Part shown: one piece after another, positions 29,992 through 40,061 of the stretch | Position numbering within the stretch: position 1 is the stretch's first letter | Layout of the letters: each line of letters begins with the position of its first letter | NCBI GenBank assembly: GCA_018223105.1 | Contig: JAAEYY010000009.1 | Span: 6,827 to 70,826, forward strand | Source of the DNA: a bacterium | GTDB lineage: Bacteria; Bacteroidota; Bacteroidia; NS11-12g; UBA9320 | Direction: 5' to 3' | Length of the DNA stretch: 64,000 nt | Made by a program: the position numbers and the translations under genes | Notes under the pieces: model-generated | Databases searched by the model: none | What the model was told of the DNA's origin: nothing | The model's input: only the letters and a program-made list of their open reading frames with translations

Positions 29992-30397
29992 ATCCGAAGA
30001 TAAACAAAAAAAGAACAAGGAACCCTAAAAATGAGATTCCTTGTTCCGAGGCTTAAATTGGATTTCACAAGACGGTTTAGGGTAATATGGACATTGAACT
30101 AATTGGTTTAACCTCAATTTCCGTCTTGTACAAACTCTATATATTTAGATTCAATAATCTGGAATGGTTGCAAAATCGAAATCGTAAGAAACACCTTATA
30201 CTGCATGTAAAACACTACTTACCAAACACTTACTGTGAAATAACTGAGATGAGCAAATCTCAAGTCCTAATTGAGATGACTTAAATCTGACCAAACAAAG
30301 GGCTGTAAACCGCCAGCATACTTACTATCTGTACTTAATTGAATACAAGTATTTCAGAAAAAATACCTGAAGTTTGTGTTACCTTATTACTACCACA

Positions 30398-30745
30398 ATG
30401 AACCGCGATAATAAATCGATTAAAAAAGATTTGCCTATTTCTGAGGGGATTCCAGAGTCTGGCAATAATGAGTTAAACTCAATAGAAGGAATTTCACTCA
30501 AAAATCTTAAGCAACTCCGCAACGAAGTTCTGGATCAAGTTTCAATTTACTGTTCTCAACTCAGCAATACTCTTCTTATGGAGTTTGATGAATCCATAGT
30601 GGATCAAGTCAAAGAATTAAGAATTGATATTGATGTATCTGAACGTTTTCTCGCTATGAAGAAAAAACTAGAAGAGGACGATAGGATTATCGTTGGGCAC
30701 GAAATCCTTAAAGAACTACGCGAAATGATTAATGCTAAAGCTTAA
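30398..30745 (+). CDS. Hypothetical helical protein
   Basis: 115 aa from ATG at 30398, with charged, helical-looking composition. No family recognised. Confidence 0.35.
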   Translation: MNRDNKSIKKDLPISEGIPESGNNELNSIEGISLKNLKQLRNEVLDQVSIYCSQLSNTLLMEFDESIVDQVKELRIDIDVSERFLAMKKKLEEDDRIIVGHEILKELREMINAKA

Positions 30746-31422
30746 AGCAGCTTTGTAAGCTCGGAATAACTCTCCAGTTTCCCGTTTTTCTTGAAAGTTT
30801 CCGTTCTCACCATTCCATAATCCGGTGAAAACCATTCTTTACTTTTGATCTCCTGATTCATCATCATTCCTTTTGATACGGTAACTTGCTCAATTACATA
30901 GCAATCAAATGTTCCGGCAGGAGTTGTGATTTCTTCTTTTGCGACTACTTTTCGGTCTTTAATGGTAATCGTCATATTAAACTTCATTGGAGTACCCGGA
31001 ATCTCACCATTTATTTTAAGTTTAGATTGCTTTAATGTATCACCAACTGAACTACTGGTGGGATAATCAATCTCATCTGAATCAACATTTACCTCCATTC
31101 CTTTCAATTGCTCCGCCATAGTTCCGGTAATCGATTTCATATCTACTCGAACCGAGGAACCTAAACAGAACATCTCAAAACTCATTGCTACAGGATCGCC
31201 TTTGTCACTTTCAATTTTTGAATCAATATTAAAAATCACAGAATCGCCGCTGTGGTCTACAGACTTCACTTGCTGCAATACAGTACCTTCAGATTTCCCT
31301 TTAGCATTGTAATTGGTATACTCCCAGCCTTTGCCTTCAGTGAAATGCTCTTCAAAAGAGCAATCTTGAGTAAATGAGCTGAGTAGAATAAGGATAAGAC
31401 TTAGGATAACAGGTTGTTTCAT
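30742..31422 (-). CDS. Hypothetical secreted protein
   Basis: 226 aa with signal peptide MKQPVILSLILILLSSFTQ. No family recognised. Confidence 0.5.
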   Translation of the reverse strand: MKQPVILSLILILLSSFTQDCSFEEHFTEGKGWEYTNYNAKGKSEGTVLQQVKSVDHSGDSVIFNIDSKIESDKGDPVAMSFEMFCLGSSVRVDMKSITGTMAEQLKGMEVNVDSDEIDYPTSSSVGDTLKQSKLKINGEIPGTPMKFNMTITIKDRKVVAKEEITTPAGTFDCYVIEQVTVSKGMMMNQEIKSKEWFSPDYGMVRTETFKKNGKLESYSELTKLL

Positions 31423-31470
31423 TTGATTTGGTTTTACCGTGTAAAGCTAAAAAATAAAATTTCGTATAAC

Positions 31471-31500
31471 AAAAAAAGGTCGCCCTTGGCGACCCTTTTC
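31471..31500 (-). terminator. Rho-independent terminator after the gene at 31528-32865
   Basis: The minus strand reads GGTCGCC-AAG-GGCGACC followed by T7. It lies 28 nt downstream of the stop codon. Confidence 0.8.
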
Positions 31501-31527
31501 TCTCTGACTGGCTAATGAACAATACTC

Positions 31528-32865
31528 TTAATGCCCGACCAAGAATGTTTGTTGAGCCATCCCCTCATTTGAGCTCAACACTTGAATAAAATACACTCCT
31601 GATGCAAAGTCAGTTGTATTGATTGTTGCACTTCCGCGTGAGAAGTTACTTCTGTAAACCTCTGTACCCTGGGTGTTAAGGATTACAACTTCAAAGTCGC
31701 TGTTAATTCCTGAAATATTCAATTGGTTATTCGCAGGATTCGGATAAACATTGAAGTTAATATTATTTAAATTTCGGATGGAACTAATGTTTCCTCCATC
31801 GCAATCTGTCACTGCACTTGAAAGCGCATTAGAATGATCTACAAAAAATCTTGAAGTAATATCAGTTCTGTAATCCGCAATACCTGCATTAATTTCATTG
31901 GTATCCGTTGTACCCCAATAGTTATTTTGAAGATCTAGAGTAGTTGGGCTACCTACAGTTGGTGAAGTACCACATTTTACACTATTTTCGGTATAGTATC
32001 CTAAGTTATTATACTCATAAGTAAAATCTAATGGATAAGAGCTATTAATATTTAGTAGAATACCCGCAGAATCGAATGTATTATTGGTGATTTCAATATG
32101 TGCATCTTTTCTCAATGTATATGCATCAATCATGTAATGCTTGAAATTCACAAATGAGTTACAATTCATAACAAGATTGTCAGTGCTGCTTAATCTAATA
32201 CCGCTGTAATACCCAAAGTTATTAAAGCTACTATTGGTAACAGTGGCATTTTTTCCAAGCCCCATAGAACCCATATTATTCACTTCTACTTCATCAAGTG
32301 TCAAGAATGTATTACCCGTCATATACGTTGCATAACCCATACCATCACCATTGTATACAGACTCTTCAACTCTGATAATAGCTGTGTCATAACCACTAGG
32401 TGATCCATAAACACAGTAGTAACAAGTATTAAACTCACAATTGCTGATGTATAAGTTTGGACCTTTAGTGTCGACTTGCTTCGCTCCACCTATAGACTGA
32501 CCATTGAATACAACATATTCAAAGAATGAACCTGTTCCTGAGCCAAAATCATATCCAACTGCGTCTTTGGTAAATTCAAAGCTCACACTATCAATGGTAA
32601 TTACATTGGAAGAACTACCATCTGCAATAAACTCTCCCTCTACTATGATTCTAAAATTACCTTCACTTCTAATATGAGTTCCTGGATCAACAGTAACTGT
32701 AACACCACTATCAATCAGAACATTGCCAGTAACAATGAAGGGACCTGCCAAAGCCTTCCAGTTTTGATCGCTGCTAATAACCGATTGTACTACAGTTTGT
32801 GCTTGTACGCCGGATGAAATGAATAGAAAGCCAAAAATTAAATAAAGTATGTATCGTATTTTCAT
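31528..32865 (-). CDS. Right-handed beta-helix protein with a T9SS type A sorting domain
   Basis: Signal peptide. Asn/Gly-rich rungs (ISNCEFN, VTNSSFNNF, ITNNTF). The C-terminus reads VYPNPANNQLNISG...GVYFIQV. Confidence 0.8.
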   Translation of the reverse strand: MKIRYILYLIFGFLFISSGVQAQTVVQSVISSDQNWKALAGPFIVTGNVLIDSGVTVTVDPGTHIRSEGNFRIIVEGEFIADGSSSNVITIDSVSFEFTKDAVGYDFGSGTGSFFEYVVFNGQSIGGAKQVDTKGPNLYISNCEFNTCYYCVYGSPSGYDTAIIRVEESVYNGDGMGYATYMTGNTFLTLDEVEVNNMGSMGLGKNATVTNSSFNNFGYYSGIRLSSTDNLVMNCNSFVNFKHYMIDAYTLRKDAHIEITNNTFDSAGILLNINSSYPLDFTYEYNNLGYYTENSVKCGTSPTVGSPTTLDLQNNYWGTTDTNEINAGIADYRTDITSRFFVDHSNALSSAVTDCDGGNISSIRNLNNINFNVYPNPANNQLNISGINSDFEVVILNTQGTEVYRSNFSRGSATINTTDFASGVYFIQVLSSNEGMAQQTFLVGH

Positions 32866-33002
32866 GATATCGTTTGGTAAGAAGACGGGACATTGTTACA
32901 TCCGTTGCAGTTTTTTTTGAAAATATTTTTTTTATCAGAAAAGTGCAACACTCTTAAAAGTGTCTCGTCTTTAACTCGAGGGATAGCCATTTTTAATTCG
33001 TC

Positions 33003-33010
33003 TATCTTTG
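33003..33010 (+). promoter_or_regulatory. Candidate Bacteroidota -7 promoter box (TATCTTTG) for the ECF sigma operon
   Basis: An exact match to TAnnTTTG, 41 nt upstream of the GTG start at 33051. Confidence 0.4.
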
Positions 33011-33050
33011 AGTGATAGCAAAAATACTGCATATAACACGGACATAGATA

Positions 33051-33614
33051 GTGAGTGATATTTCTGAGGAAATAATAAATGGTTGTAGGCAAAAAAATGC
33101 ATCGAGTCAGAGAATTGTTTACGAGACATATTACAAGCAAATGTTTGCCATTTGCATGCGATATGCCAGAAACCAAGACGAAGCTCGAGACTTATTGCAG
33201 GATGGATTTATAAAGGTCTTTAAAAAGATTAAAAGCTTTAAAGGTGATAGTGATTTTTATTACTGGTTGAAACGAGTTTTTGTAAATCATTGCACTGATT
33301 ATGTAAGATCAGCCTATAAAAAATACATCCGGTATGAAGATGCGCATGATATACATGCAAAAGCCGATCTTCAGATGGAAATGCAAGCCACTGAAGAACC
33401 TCAACCGATTAAAATTGAAGTGGTAATTCGCTTAATGAAACAATTGAGACCGGATTATAGAACGATAATAAACATGTACGCAATAGATCAAATGAGTCAT
33501 GAGGAAATCGCAAAAAAACTTGGCATAAAGGAAGTGAGCTCACGATCTAAGTTAATGCGAGCAAGAAATAAATTAAAAGCTTTACTAAAAGCAGAAGGAG
33601 TTGAACAGAGATAA
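33051..33614 (+). CDS. RNA polymerase ECF-type sigma-70 factor
   Basis: Region 2 (DEARDLLQDGFIKVFKKIKSF...YWLKRVFVNHCTDYVR) and region 4 (RTIINMYAIDQMSHEEIAKKLGIKEVSSRSKLMRARNKLK) are both recognisable. GTG start. Confidence 0.9.
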   Translation: MSDISEEIINGCRQKNASSQRIVYETYYKQMFAICMRYARNQDEARDLLQDGFIKVFKKIKSFKGDSDFYYWLKRVFVNHCTDYVRSAYKKYIRYEDAHDIHAKADLQMEMQATEEPQPIKIEVVIRLMKQLRPDYRTIINMYAIDQMSHEEIAKKLGIKEVSSRSKLMRARNKLKALLKAEGVEQR

Positions 33615-34935
33615 TCAAAATATAGACGACATTCTTTTCAATTCGGCGAATGGTGCCGAAATGAATGATCCTGCTTTGGGATGGGACTCATTTCTTCAAC
33701 ATAAAAAGAAGAAAAACAGAGGCCTGCTCCTGCTTTGGATGATCCCTGCTATCCTACTATTAGGAAGCGGCCTATGGGTTATTTTGGATTCACCTAATCA
33801 AGAACTGGTTAAAAAGGAGCCTACTCTGAAAAATGAAGCACCGATAATCACCCCTAATCTTCAGGAAAAATTTCAGGAAGAATCGGTTAATTTAGAAAAG
33901 AGTGAAATTAGTTCAAAAACCGAAAAAACACCTCAAATTCAAAATTCGGAAGCCCCTATTGCTCTTCAACCTGTTACAAGTCAAACAGATGAGTCAACAG
34001 AACCTCTGGAAACAATTATTGCTGAAGTCCCAGATCATTTAAACGAGCCTGTTAAATCAAATTCAAACGCTACAAATCACAGTCCCGCACTTGCTGTAAA
34101 TGCTCATGGTGATGAGATTCCATTTGACCTGCATCACGCAGGAACTGTTAAACAAAGAGGATTCTCGTACCGAATTTCAACTCCTGAATTTGAATATGCT
34201 TGGTTCGATTACGAATTAAAAGATAGAATTGATCCATTTAGCTTTGATTTCAGTAAATGGGTTTGGCAAGTTAGTGCAGGCACATATTACACTCTACCTC
34301 AATTCAAAATCAATGAACAAGGAAGAGCATATATTCATAAACGATATCCAAGCATTCGACAAGAGGGTGAAACCGGAATTGCAGGTTTTGGTTTCCATCT
34401 TGGAGTTGGCAGACAGTTTAATCGATTCATAATCAATACCGGCATCGGCTTGGTACAACAAAAAACGGCTGCTTCATACCATTACAATGTAGAAGAAGTA
34501 CCACTGATAGATATTGACAACCGAATTTTTGATTATCAAATCCAAAGTCCAAGTCCTTTCAATTTAGACGATATTCATCGATACAGCATGATTGAAATTC
34601 CAATTGGACTCGAAATTGAAATGCTTGAAAATAGAAGGTACTACAATGCATTCTATGTCAATTACATCAATCAGTTCCTCATGGGTATCAAAGGAGATTT
34701 ACCAAATGCGGTAAATATTGGTCAAATAGATCAACTCTCCGTTTCAAATTACTCCTTCTATTCCAACTCATTGGAATTAGGATTAAATCTTGGAGTTCCA
34801 CTAAAATCAGGAAATATACTGATGTTAAGACCAAGTTACAGGTTGAATGGTGGAATAAAGCAAATACAAGGATATTACAATACAGGATTGAACAACTTCG
34901 GACTACAATGTATATTGCGTGGAGGATTTGAGTAA
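33601..34935 (+). CDS. Membrane-anchored protein co-transcribed with the ECF sigma (possible non-canonical anti-sigma)
   Basis: A short N-terminal cytoplasmic segment, one TM helix (LLLLWMIPAILLLGSGLWVIL), a low-complexity linker and a beta-rich C-terminal 250 aa or so. It overlaps the sigma gene by 14 bp. No ZAS or FecR motif is seen. Confidence 0.55.
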   Translation: MNRDNQNIDDILFNSANGAEMNDPALGWDSFLQHKKKKNRGLLLLWMIPAILLLGSGLWVILDSPNQELVKKEPTLKNEAPIITPNLQEKFQEESVNLEKSEISSKTEKTPQIQNSEAPIALQPVTSQTDESTEPLETIIAEVPDHLNEPVKSNSNATNHSPALAVNAHGDEIPFDLHHAGTVKQRGFSYRISTPEFEYAWFDYELKDRIDPFSFDFSKWVWQVSAGTYYTLPQFKINEQGRAYIHKRYPSIRQEGETGIAGFGFHLGVGRQFNRFIINTGIGLVQQKTAASYHYNVEEVPLIDIDNRIFDYQIQSPSPFNLDDIHRYSMIEIPIGLEIEMLENRRYYNAFYVNYINQFLMGIKGDLPNAVNIGQIDQLSVSNYSFYSNSLELGLNLGVPLKSGNILMLRPSYRLNGGIKQIQGYYNTGLNNFGLQCILRGGFE

Positions 34936-37357
34936 ACGACTTTTCATATTGCTACTGGCACTTGGAATTGGGGGAATAATTAGGGCCCAAATCCCATATC
35001 GCTTTATTGATGAAGATCCCGAAATAAAGGTCCACCAAGCTACAGTAACGTCCAAAGGACAACTAGCAGTAGTCCAAACTAAAAAACTAATAGGTTTTCA
35101 GAGAGGTCAGTTTGAAGTGCAATTGTGGAATGGTCAATTCTGGGCCAGATTGCCAAAAGTGATTTCAGAATCTTTCCAGTTAGATCCGGAGAATCAGTTC
35201 TCAATTACCGATCATGAGGGCGAAATATATGTAGCAGGATCATTTGACAATGGGCCTGGACAATTACGAGGCCTCGCTAAATGGGACGGAAATGCATGGT
35301 CTAGTCCGGCAGGAGGCATCACAAGCACGTATCAAATACATCAGGAAATTTCAGTAGCCGACATGCAATCTTTTGAAAATCAGCTTTTTATTGGAGGCTT
35401 ATTTAATCAGGTTGGATCCCAGGAAGCAGAAAATCTGGTGAGTCTTGATAATGGTAATTGGACCATCTATAATACTAATGGAGGTACAATTTCTTCATTC
35501 ACGGTACTTTCAGACACACTCTACATCGGGGGAGAGTTTACAGAAATCGAAGGAGTTTCAAGTTCTAATATCATTGCATATCATCAAGGAAATTGGATTA
35601 GCTTGCCTACCGTGCCGGGAGGACCTGTTCAGAAACTCTGTACTTTTAATGGAATTCTTACCGCAATATCAAGTGAGTCGAATGTTGGTGAAACCGCCTG
35701 CTTTCAATTTGTTAATGGTAGCTGGCAAGGACTCGAAAATCAATGGAACTTTGCACAATTTAGGATAGACGATGCTATTGAACAGAACGGAGAGTTGATT
35801 CTAAGTGGTAGATTTAACCATGACGGCAATATCGATATCATGGTTAAATGGAACGGAAAACGCTGGCTTAGTTTACTCACCACTTCAGATGTAAATAGCC
35901 CCGTTAAGTCTAGGTTTTATCTTGATTCATATCTCAATTCACTTTATTTCTCAGGTGATTTCAATGAATTTAAAGGTAATCTAGCTCCTTCTATTATTGA
36001 GTTTCAGCCCGGAAGATCATTAATCAAAGGAAAGATCTACTACGATCATAACAATAACTGTGAATTTGATAGTGGAGATTTACCTATAGGACAAAAAATA
36101 CTGTCTGTGAATGATGGAGACTATTATACTTCTACTGATTTGCAAGGGAATTATAATGTTTACATATCTAACAATAGTACCACTACATTACAGGTTTTTA
36201 ATGAAGAAAACGAAGTTGTTTCATGCAATCATGAGCTCCGTTATGTAGAAACATTCAACCGAGATTCTACCATAATAGAAGACTTTGCAATATTCATTAA
36301 ACCAGAGCCTGTGAAACTTGAGGGAGAACTCGAAGGAAAAAGTGGATATAAAGCAAAACACGGCTATAGCAACACCTACGAAATTCATTTGGATCATCTA
36401 CCGCATGAGTATTTCCCAATCCAGCTCGAGTTAGCATTAGATCAAAATTTAGAGGATTTCACTTATTCGGAGTCGCCTTACAACATTGAAGACGGAACCC
36501 TATTTTGGGAAGTTAGCAGCCCTAAGAATATTAGATTTAGCTGCACACCAAATCCCTTGAAAACTAAAGCCGGGGATGAGCTTAGCTTTCAACTGAACCT
36601 GCGTTCAATCCAGTTTCCAAACACTTTTATTGCACCTGCCGAATTGAATCAAACCATTGTGGCTGCCTTCGACCCAAATGACAAGCAATGTAATTACAGC
36701 GAAATTTCAAATACAGAAAAAGACCTTGAATACCATATTCGCTTCCAAAATTTGGGAACCGATTCAGCAAGAGATATATTTCTGGTTGATACCATAGACT
36801 CAAACATTCCACTCCAATATCTCAAAGTAATCAGCACAAGTCACATGAACCAATATGTGGCATCATATAAGGTTAGGGATCACGCCGTAATTTGGACTTT
36901 CAAAAACATTGAATTACCTCCAAAAAGTACTGCAGGAGATGAAGCAAGTAGCGGATTTGTGACCTTCAAAACAAACATGAAACCCAGTCTTGAAATCGGC
37001 GACAGTATTACTAATAAAGCACATATCTATTTCGATTTTCAAGATGCTGTTATCACAAATACAGTTGTAACTCGTGTTGTTGAAGACACAATAGCAACTC
37101 CAAATGTGCCTAATAGAGAAAATGCACTGGTTTACCCAAACCCAAGCAACGATATAGTATATATCAGCATTTCAGAACTGAGAATAGAGCACATCCAAAT
37201 AATGAACACTGCAGGTCAGATCGTGGGCGAGACAGCAGTAAATCCAAACGAGGAAACTGTGAGCATTGATCTCAATTTCTTAACTGCAGGAAATTATTTT
37301 ATACGAATGAGGCACAGCCAGGGTGTTGCTGTTCGGCAAATTATTGTAGCTCGCTAA
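34919..37357 (+). CDS. Large secreted protein with a DUF11-like domain and a T9SS type A sorting domain
   Basis: Signal peptide LFILLLALGIGGIIRAQ. DPNDKQC...YHIRFQNLGTDSARDIFLVD. The C-terminus reads VYPNPSNDIVYISI...GNYFIRM. It overlaps the upstream gene by 17 bp. Confidence 0.8.
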   Translation: MEDLSKRLFILLLALGIGGIIRAQIPYRFIDEDPEIKVHQATVTSKGQLAVVQTKKLIGFQRGQFEVQLWNGQFWARLPKVISESFQLDPENQFSITDHEGEIYVAGSFDNGPGQLRGLAKWDGNAWSSPAGGITSTYQIHQEISVADMQSFENQLFIGGLFNQVGSQEAENLVSLDNGNWTIYNTNGGTISSFTVLSDTLYIGGEFTEIEGVSSSNIIAYHQGNWISLPTVPGGPVQKLCTFNGILTAISSESNVGETACFQFVNGSWQGLENQWNFAQFRIDDAIEQNGELILSGRFNHDGNIDIMVKWNGKRWLSLLTTSDVNSPVKSRFYLDSYLNSLYFSGDFNEFKGNLAPSIIEFQPGRSLIKGKIYYDHNNNCEFDSGDLPIGQKILSVNDGDYYTSTDLQGNYNVYISNNSTTTLQVFNEENEVVSCNHELRYVETFNRDSTIIEDFAIFIKPEPVKLEGELEGKSGYKAKHGYSNTYEIHLDHLPHEYFPIQLELALDQNLEDFTYSESPYNIEDGTLFWEVSSPKNIRFSCTPNPLKTKAGDELSFQLNLRSIQFPNTFIAPAELNQTIVAAFDPNDKQCNYSEISNTEKDLEYHIRFQNLGTDSARDIFLVDTIDSNIPLQYLKVISTSHMNQYVASYKVRDHAVIWTFKNIELPPKSTAGDEASSGFVTFKTNMKPSLEIGDSITNKAHIYFDFQDAVITNTVVTRVVEDTIATPNVPNRENALVYPNPSNDIVYISISELRIEHIQIMNTAGQIVGETAVNPNEETVSIDLNFLTAGNYFIRMRHSQGVAVRQIIVAR

Positions 37358-38861
37358 TATTTAACGGTTCTACCAATACCACCTCTTCTCGTTCAACCAA
37401 GACTTGACCCGGAAGAGCTTTACGCGGTTTTCGAACATATCTCCTTTCTGTATAGATAACAGCGGCCAGATTTTCATGCAAGGCCTTGCTATTAAAAGCC
37501 GCTAAGGAAGCCACTTTCTCTATGGTACTCTCCGGAACTATCTGATTTTTATTAAGTCTCAATATGATGTGACTCCCGGAAACTGCTCGTGCATGAAACC
37601 AAAGATCGTGCTTTGCAGAGTACGAACGCAATAGCTCATCATTGTCTTTTGCAGACTTACCAACCCTTACTTCAAACCCATCAATTGTATAAGATTTATA
37701 GGGTAACCTCTTTCCTTCCTGTTTCGATTCTTGTGTAAAATTGACCGCTTTCCTCAGGCTTCTATGATCTTCAGCTTCCTCAATAGCTGTCCTCCTTTCT
37801 TCAATTCTGCCTAGCTCGGATTCTACTCCATTTAAGCTGCGTTCTAAATACTTCAGCCTGGTAGCTTCGTTCTTAGATTTGCGATATAGCCTTTCTGCAT
37901 TGGCCTGTGGACTCAAGTCCTTTTTCAACTTTATCTTCACCGGCTTTTGCTCTTCGAATGAAGGTAGTTCTACTGAACTCATTCCCTGCTTTACTTCATG
38001 CATATAGGCCATGATCAAATCGGCTTGCGCCTTATATCCCATGGCGGCTTTCACTTGCTTCAAGCTCTGGTTCAGTTTCCTTTTTCGATCCTGCAAGATT
38101 TGCTCATCGCGATGTAGGTTTTGTAAAGCTTGTTTTTGCTTTTCTTGAAAACTATCTCGCGAAATAAACCTCGACGTAAAAAAAGTGAGGGCGTCCAACA
38201 AATCATCAAATTGATTTCCTTCTTCATCTTTTCCCGGTAAAATCTCAATTTTCGAATCCTTTTCTCGAACAGTAGAGCTTTGATAGTTCTTGAATTGTTT
38301 CAAAAACTTTTGCCACACCTCATACCTATTACTATCATAATTGAGAGAGGCTAGCTGGTCAAGATCCTTAGACTTTAAAAATCGAATGGCCCCGGAGAGC
38401 TCGTCCAAGTTTTTAGTATTGAAATAATCTGCTCTTTTAAGTTCATTTTCAGGTTGAATCTCAATTGGTTTCGATTTAAATGGAAAATGACTTTTATGCT
38501 CCCCTTCAATATAGGCGCTGATTTGTGAAAACTTACCAAACAGATGAAAGTGCAAATGACGGTTACGTTCAAATTGGATATAAAACTGTCGATCGAGGTC
38601 AAAGCTTTGTACATCTTCTACTTTTAAATCGTGAATACGTTCAAAAGCCGGAAGTCGGTTGGTTTTCTGGATATTCTCAAACTCAATGGATTGAAAATAG
38701 GCTTCTCCCTTATAAAACTGAATTCTTAAAGCTAAAGGAAGATCAAAAAGGAGGTAGATTTCGTGTTTATCGGTACTAAATGCATTCATCAGTCGACTTC
38801 CGACCAATTTCTGCCTCAAATTTTCGGCAAGATCCGCAACTAAAAATGCATTTAAATACAT
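37341..38861 (-). CDS. NFACT/DUF814-family protein (RqcH-like ribosome quality control factor)
   Basis: A central coiled coil is followed by HDLWFHARAVSGSHIILR, which is the NFACT-R/DUF814 signature. Confidence 0.8.
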   Translation of the reverse strand: MYLNAFLVADLAENLRQKLVGSRLMNAFSTDKHEIYLLFDLPLALRIQFYKGEAYFQSIEFENIQKTNRLPAFERIHDLKVEDVQSFDLDRQFYIQFERNRHLHFHLFGKFSQISAYIEGEHKSHFPFKSKPIEIQPENELKRADYFNTKNLDELSGAIRFLKSKDLDQLASLNYDSNRYEVWQKFLKQFKNYQSSTVREKDSKIEILPGKDEEGNQFDDLLDALTFFTSRFISRDSFQEKQKQALQNLHRDEQILQDRKRKLNQSLKQVKAAMGYKAQADLIMAYMHEVKQGMSSVELPSFEEQKPVKIKLKKDLSPQANAERLYRKSKNEATRLKYLERSLNGVESELGRIEERRTAIEEAEDHRSLRKAVNFTQESKQEGKRLPYKSYTIDGFEVRVGKSAKDNDELLRSYSAKHDLWFHARAVSGSHIILRLNKNQIVPESTIEKVASLAAFNSKALHENLAAVIYTERRYVRKPRKALPGQVLVEREEVVLVEPLNISELQ

Positions 38862-39625
38862 TAGTACTCGCCATAAACATCAGTAAGGCATTCACAACCC
38901 TTATCTGTGATTAATATTGTATGTTCAAACTGTGCCGAAAGTTTACCGTCTCTTGTTCTTGCAGTCCAGCCATCAGCTCTATCAATCACGGCTTCGGCAA
39001 CACCTTCGTTGATCATGGGTTCAATAGTGAAGATCATTCCCGGTCTCATACGTTTACCTGTGTTCTTATCTGCAATATGCGATACTTCAGGATCTTCATG
39101 AAATTTCAATCCAACTCCATGACCACAAAACTGCCACACTACTGAGTATCCCTTTTTATGAGCATATCGCGAAATCTGATATCCTATGTTCCCAAAGCGA
39201 TTCCCCGGATAGCACTCCTCAACTCCTTTCTTCAGGCAAGTCTTGGTTACATCAATAAGTCTCTGAGCATTATCCGAAATTTCTCCAACAGCGTACATTT
39301 TACAGGTATCGCCGTAGTATTTATTGAGGATTGTAGTGACATCTATATTTAAAATATCACCTTCTTTAAGCTCATATTGATTTGGAACACCATGACAAAT
39401 TACTTCGTTAGGAGAAGTACAAATTGAACCTGTAAAGCCCTTATAACCAAGGGTAGCAGGCGTTGCACCATGGTCTTTAATGTACTCAAGCGCCTTGTCG
39501 TTGATGTATTTTGTGGTATTACCGGGCACCACAAATTCTTCTAAATATTTTAAAACACTCGCGGCAAGCTTAGAACTCTCTCGAATTCCTTCAATTTGCT
39601 CTTTTGTTTTTATTCTGATCGCCAT
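38861..39625 (-). CDS. map: Type I methionine aminopeptidase
   Basis: ICHGVP, ILNIDVTT, CGHGVG, FTIEPMIN and FEHT metal-ligand motifs occur in the canonical order. Confidence 0.95.
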   Translation of the reverse strand: MAIRIKTKEQIEGIRESSKLAASVLKYLEEFVVPGNTTKYINDKALEYIKDHGATPATLGYKGFTGSICTSPNEVICHGVPNQYELKEGDILNIDVTTILNKYYGDTCKMYAVGEISDNAQRLIDVTKTCLKKGVEECYPGNRFGNIGYQISRYAHKKGYSVVWQFCGHGVGLKFHEDPEVSHIADKNTGKRMRPGMIFTIEPMINEGVAEAVIDRADGWTARTRDGKLSAQFEHTILITDKGCECLTDVYGEY

Positions 39626-39687
39626 TTTAAGGCTGCAAAGTTACCATCTAATTTTGAAGTAGCACTTTGTGTGAAATTATAATGTTT

Positions 39688-39695
39688 TATCTTTG
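39688..39695 (+). promoter_or_regulatory. Candidate -7 promoter box (TATCTTTG)
   Basis: An exact TAnnTTTG match 16 nt upstream of the ATG at 39711. It covers the TTG used by the ORF track, which argues for the ATG start. Confidence 0.4.
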
Positions 39696-39710
39696 ATTAA
39701 AACCACAGAA

Positions 39711-40061
39711 ATGGCCTACGACCTACATCTGGCAGAGCGCATTCGAAATATTTTCGCTCAGCAAAAACTTGAAACTGAAGAGAAGAAAATGATGGGTGGA
39801 TTATGTTATATGTTAAATGATAAGATGTGCGTTGGTGTGGTGAAAGACGAACTCATGGCTCGCATAAATCCGGAGCTGTATGAGAAAGCACTTACTAAAC
39901 CCGGAGCTTCTGAAATGAACTTTACCAGAAGAGCCATGAAAGGTTACGTTTTTGTAAACGGCGAAGGCACAGATAAAGAGGAAGACCTTGAATTTTGGGT
40001 AAACCTTGCGATTGAATTCAACCCACTAGCAAAATCAAGCAAGAAGAAAAAGAAGGCTTAG
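39711..40061 (+). CDS. TfoX N-terminal-domain family protein
   Basis: LAERIRNIF...EKKMMGGLCYMLNDKMCVGVVKDELMARI...GYVFV follows the TfoX_N pattern. It has a Lys-rich tail. Confidence 0.65.
   Translation: MAYDLHLAERIRNIFAQQKLETEEKKMMGGLCYMLNDKMCVGVVKDELMARINPELYEKALTKPGASEMNFTRRAMKGYVFVNGEGTDKEEDLEFWVNLAIEFNPLAKSSKKKKKA

Noticed and set aside
30087-30284. 65-aa plus-strand ORF in the 30019-30373 intergenic region
   Set aside because: I see no start context or family resemblance. The sequence is AT-rich and likely promoter or leader DNA.
32862-33176. 104-aa minus-strand ORF overlapping the sigma-factor start
   Set aside because: It overlaps the well-supported ECF sigma gene and its promoter. 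The sequence is Cys/Tyr-rich and odd-looking, with no family resemblance.
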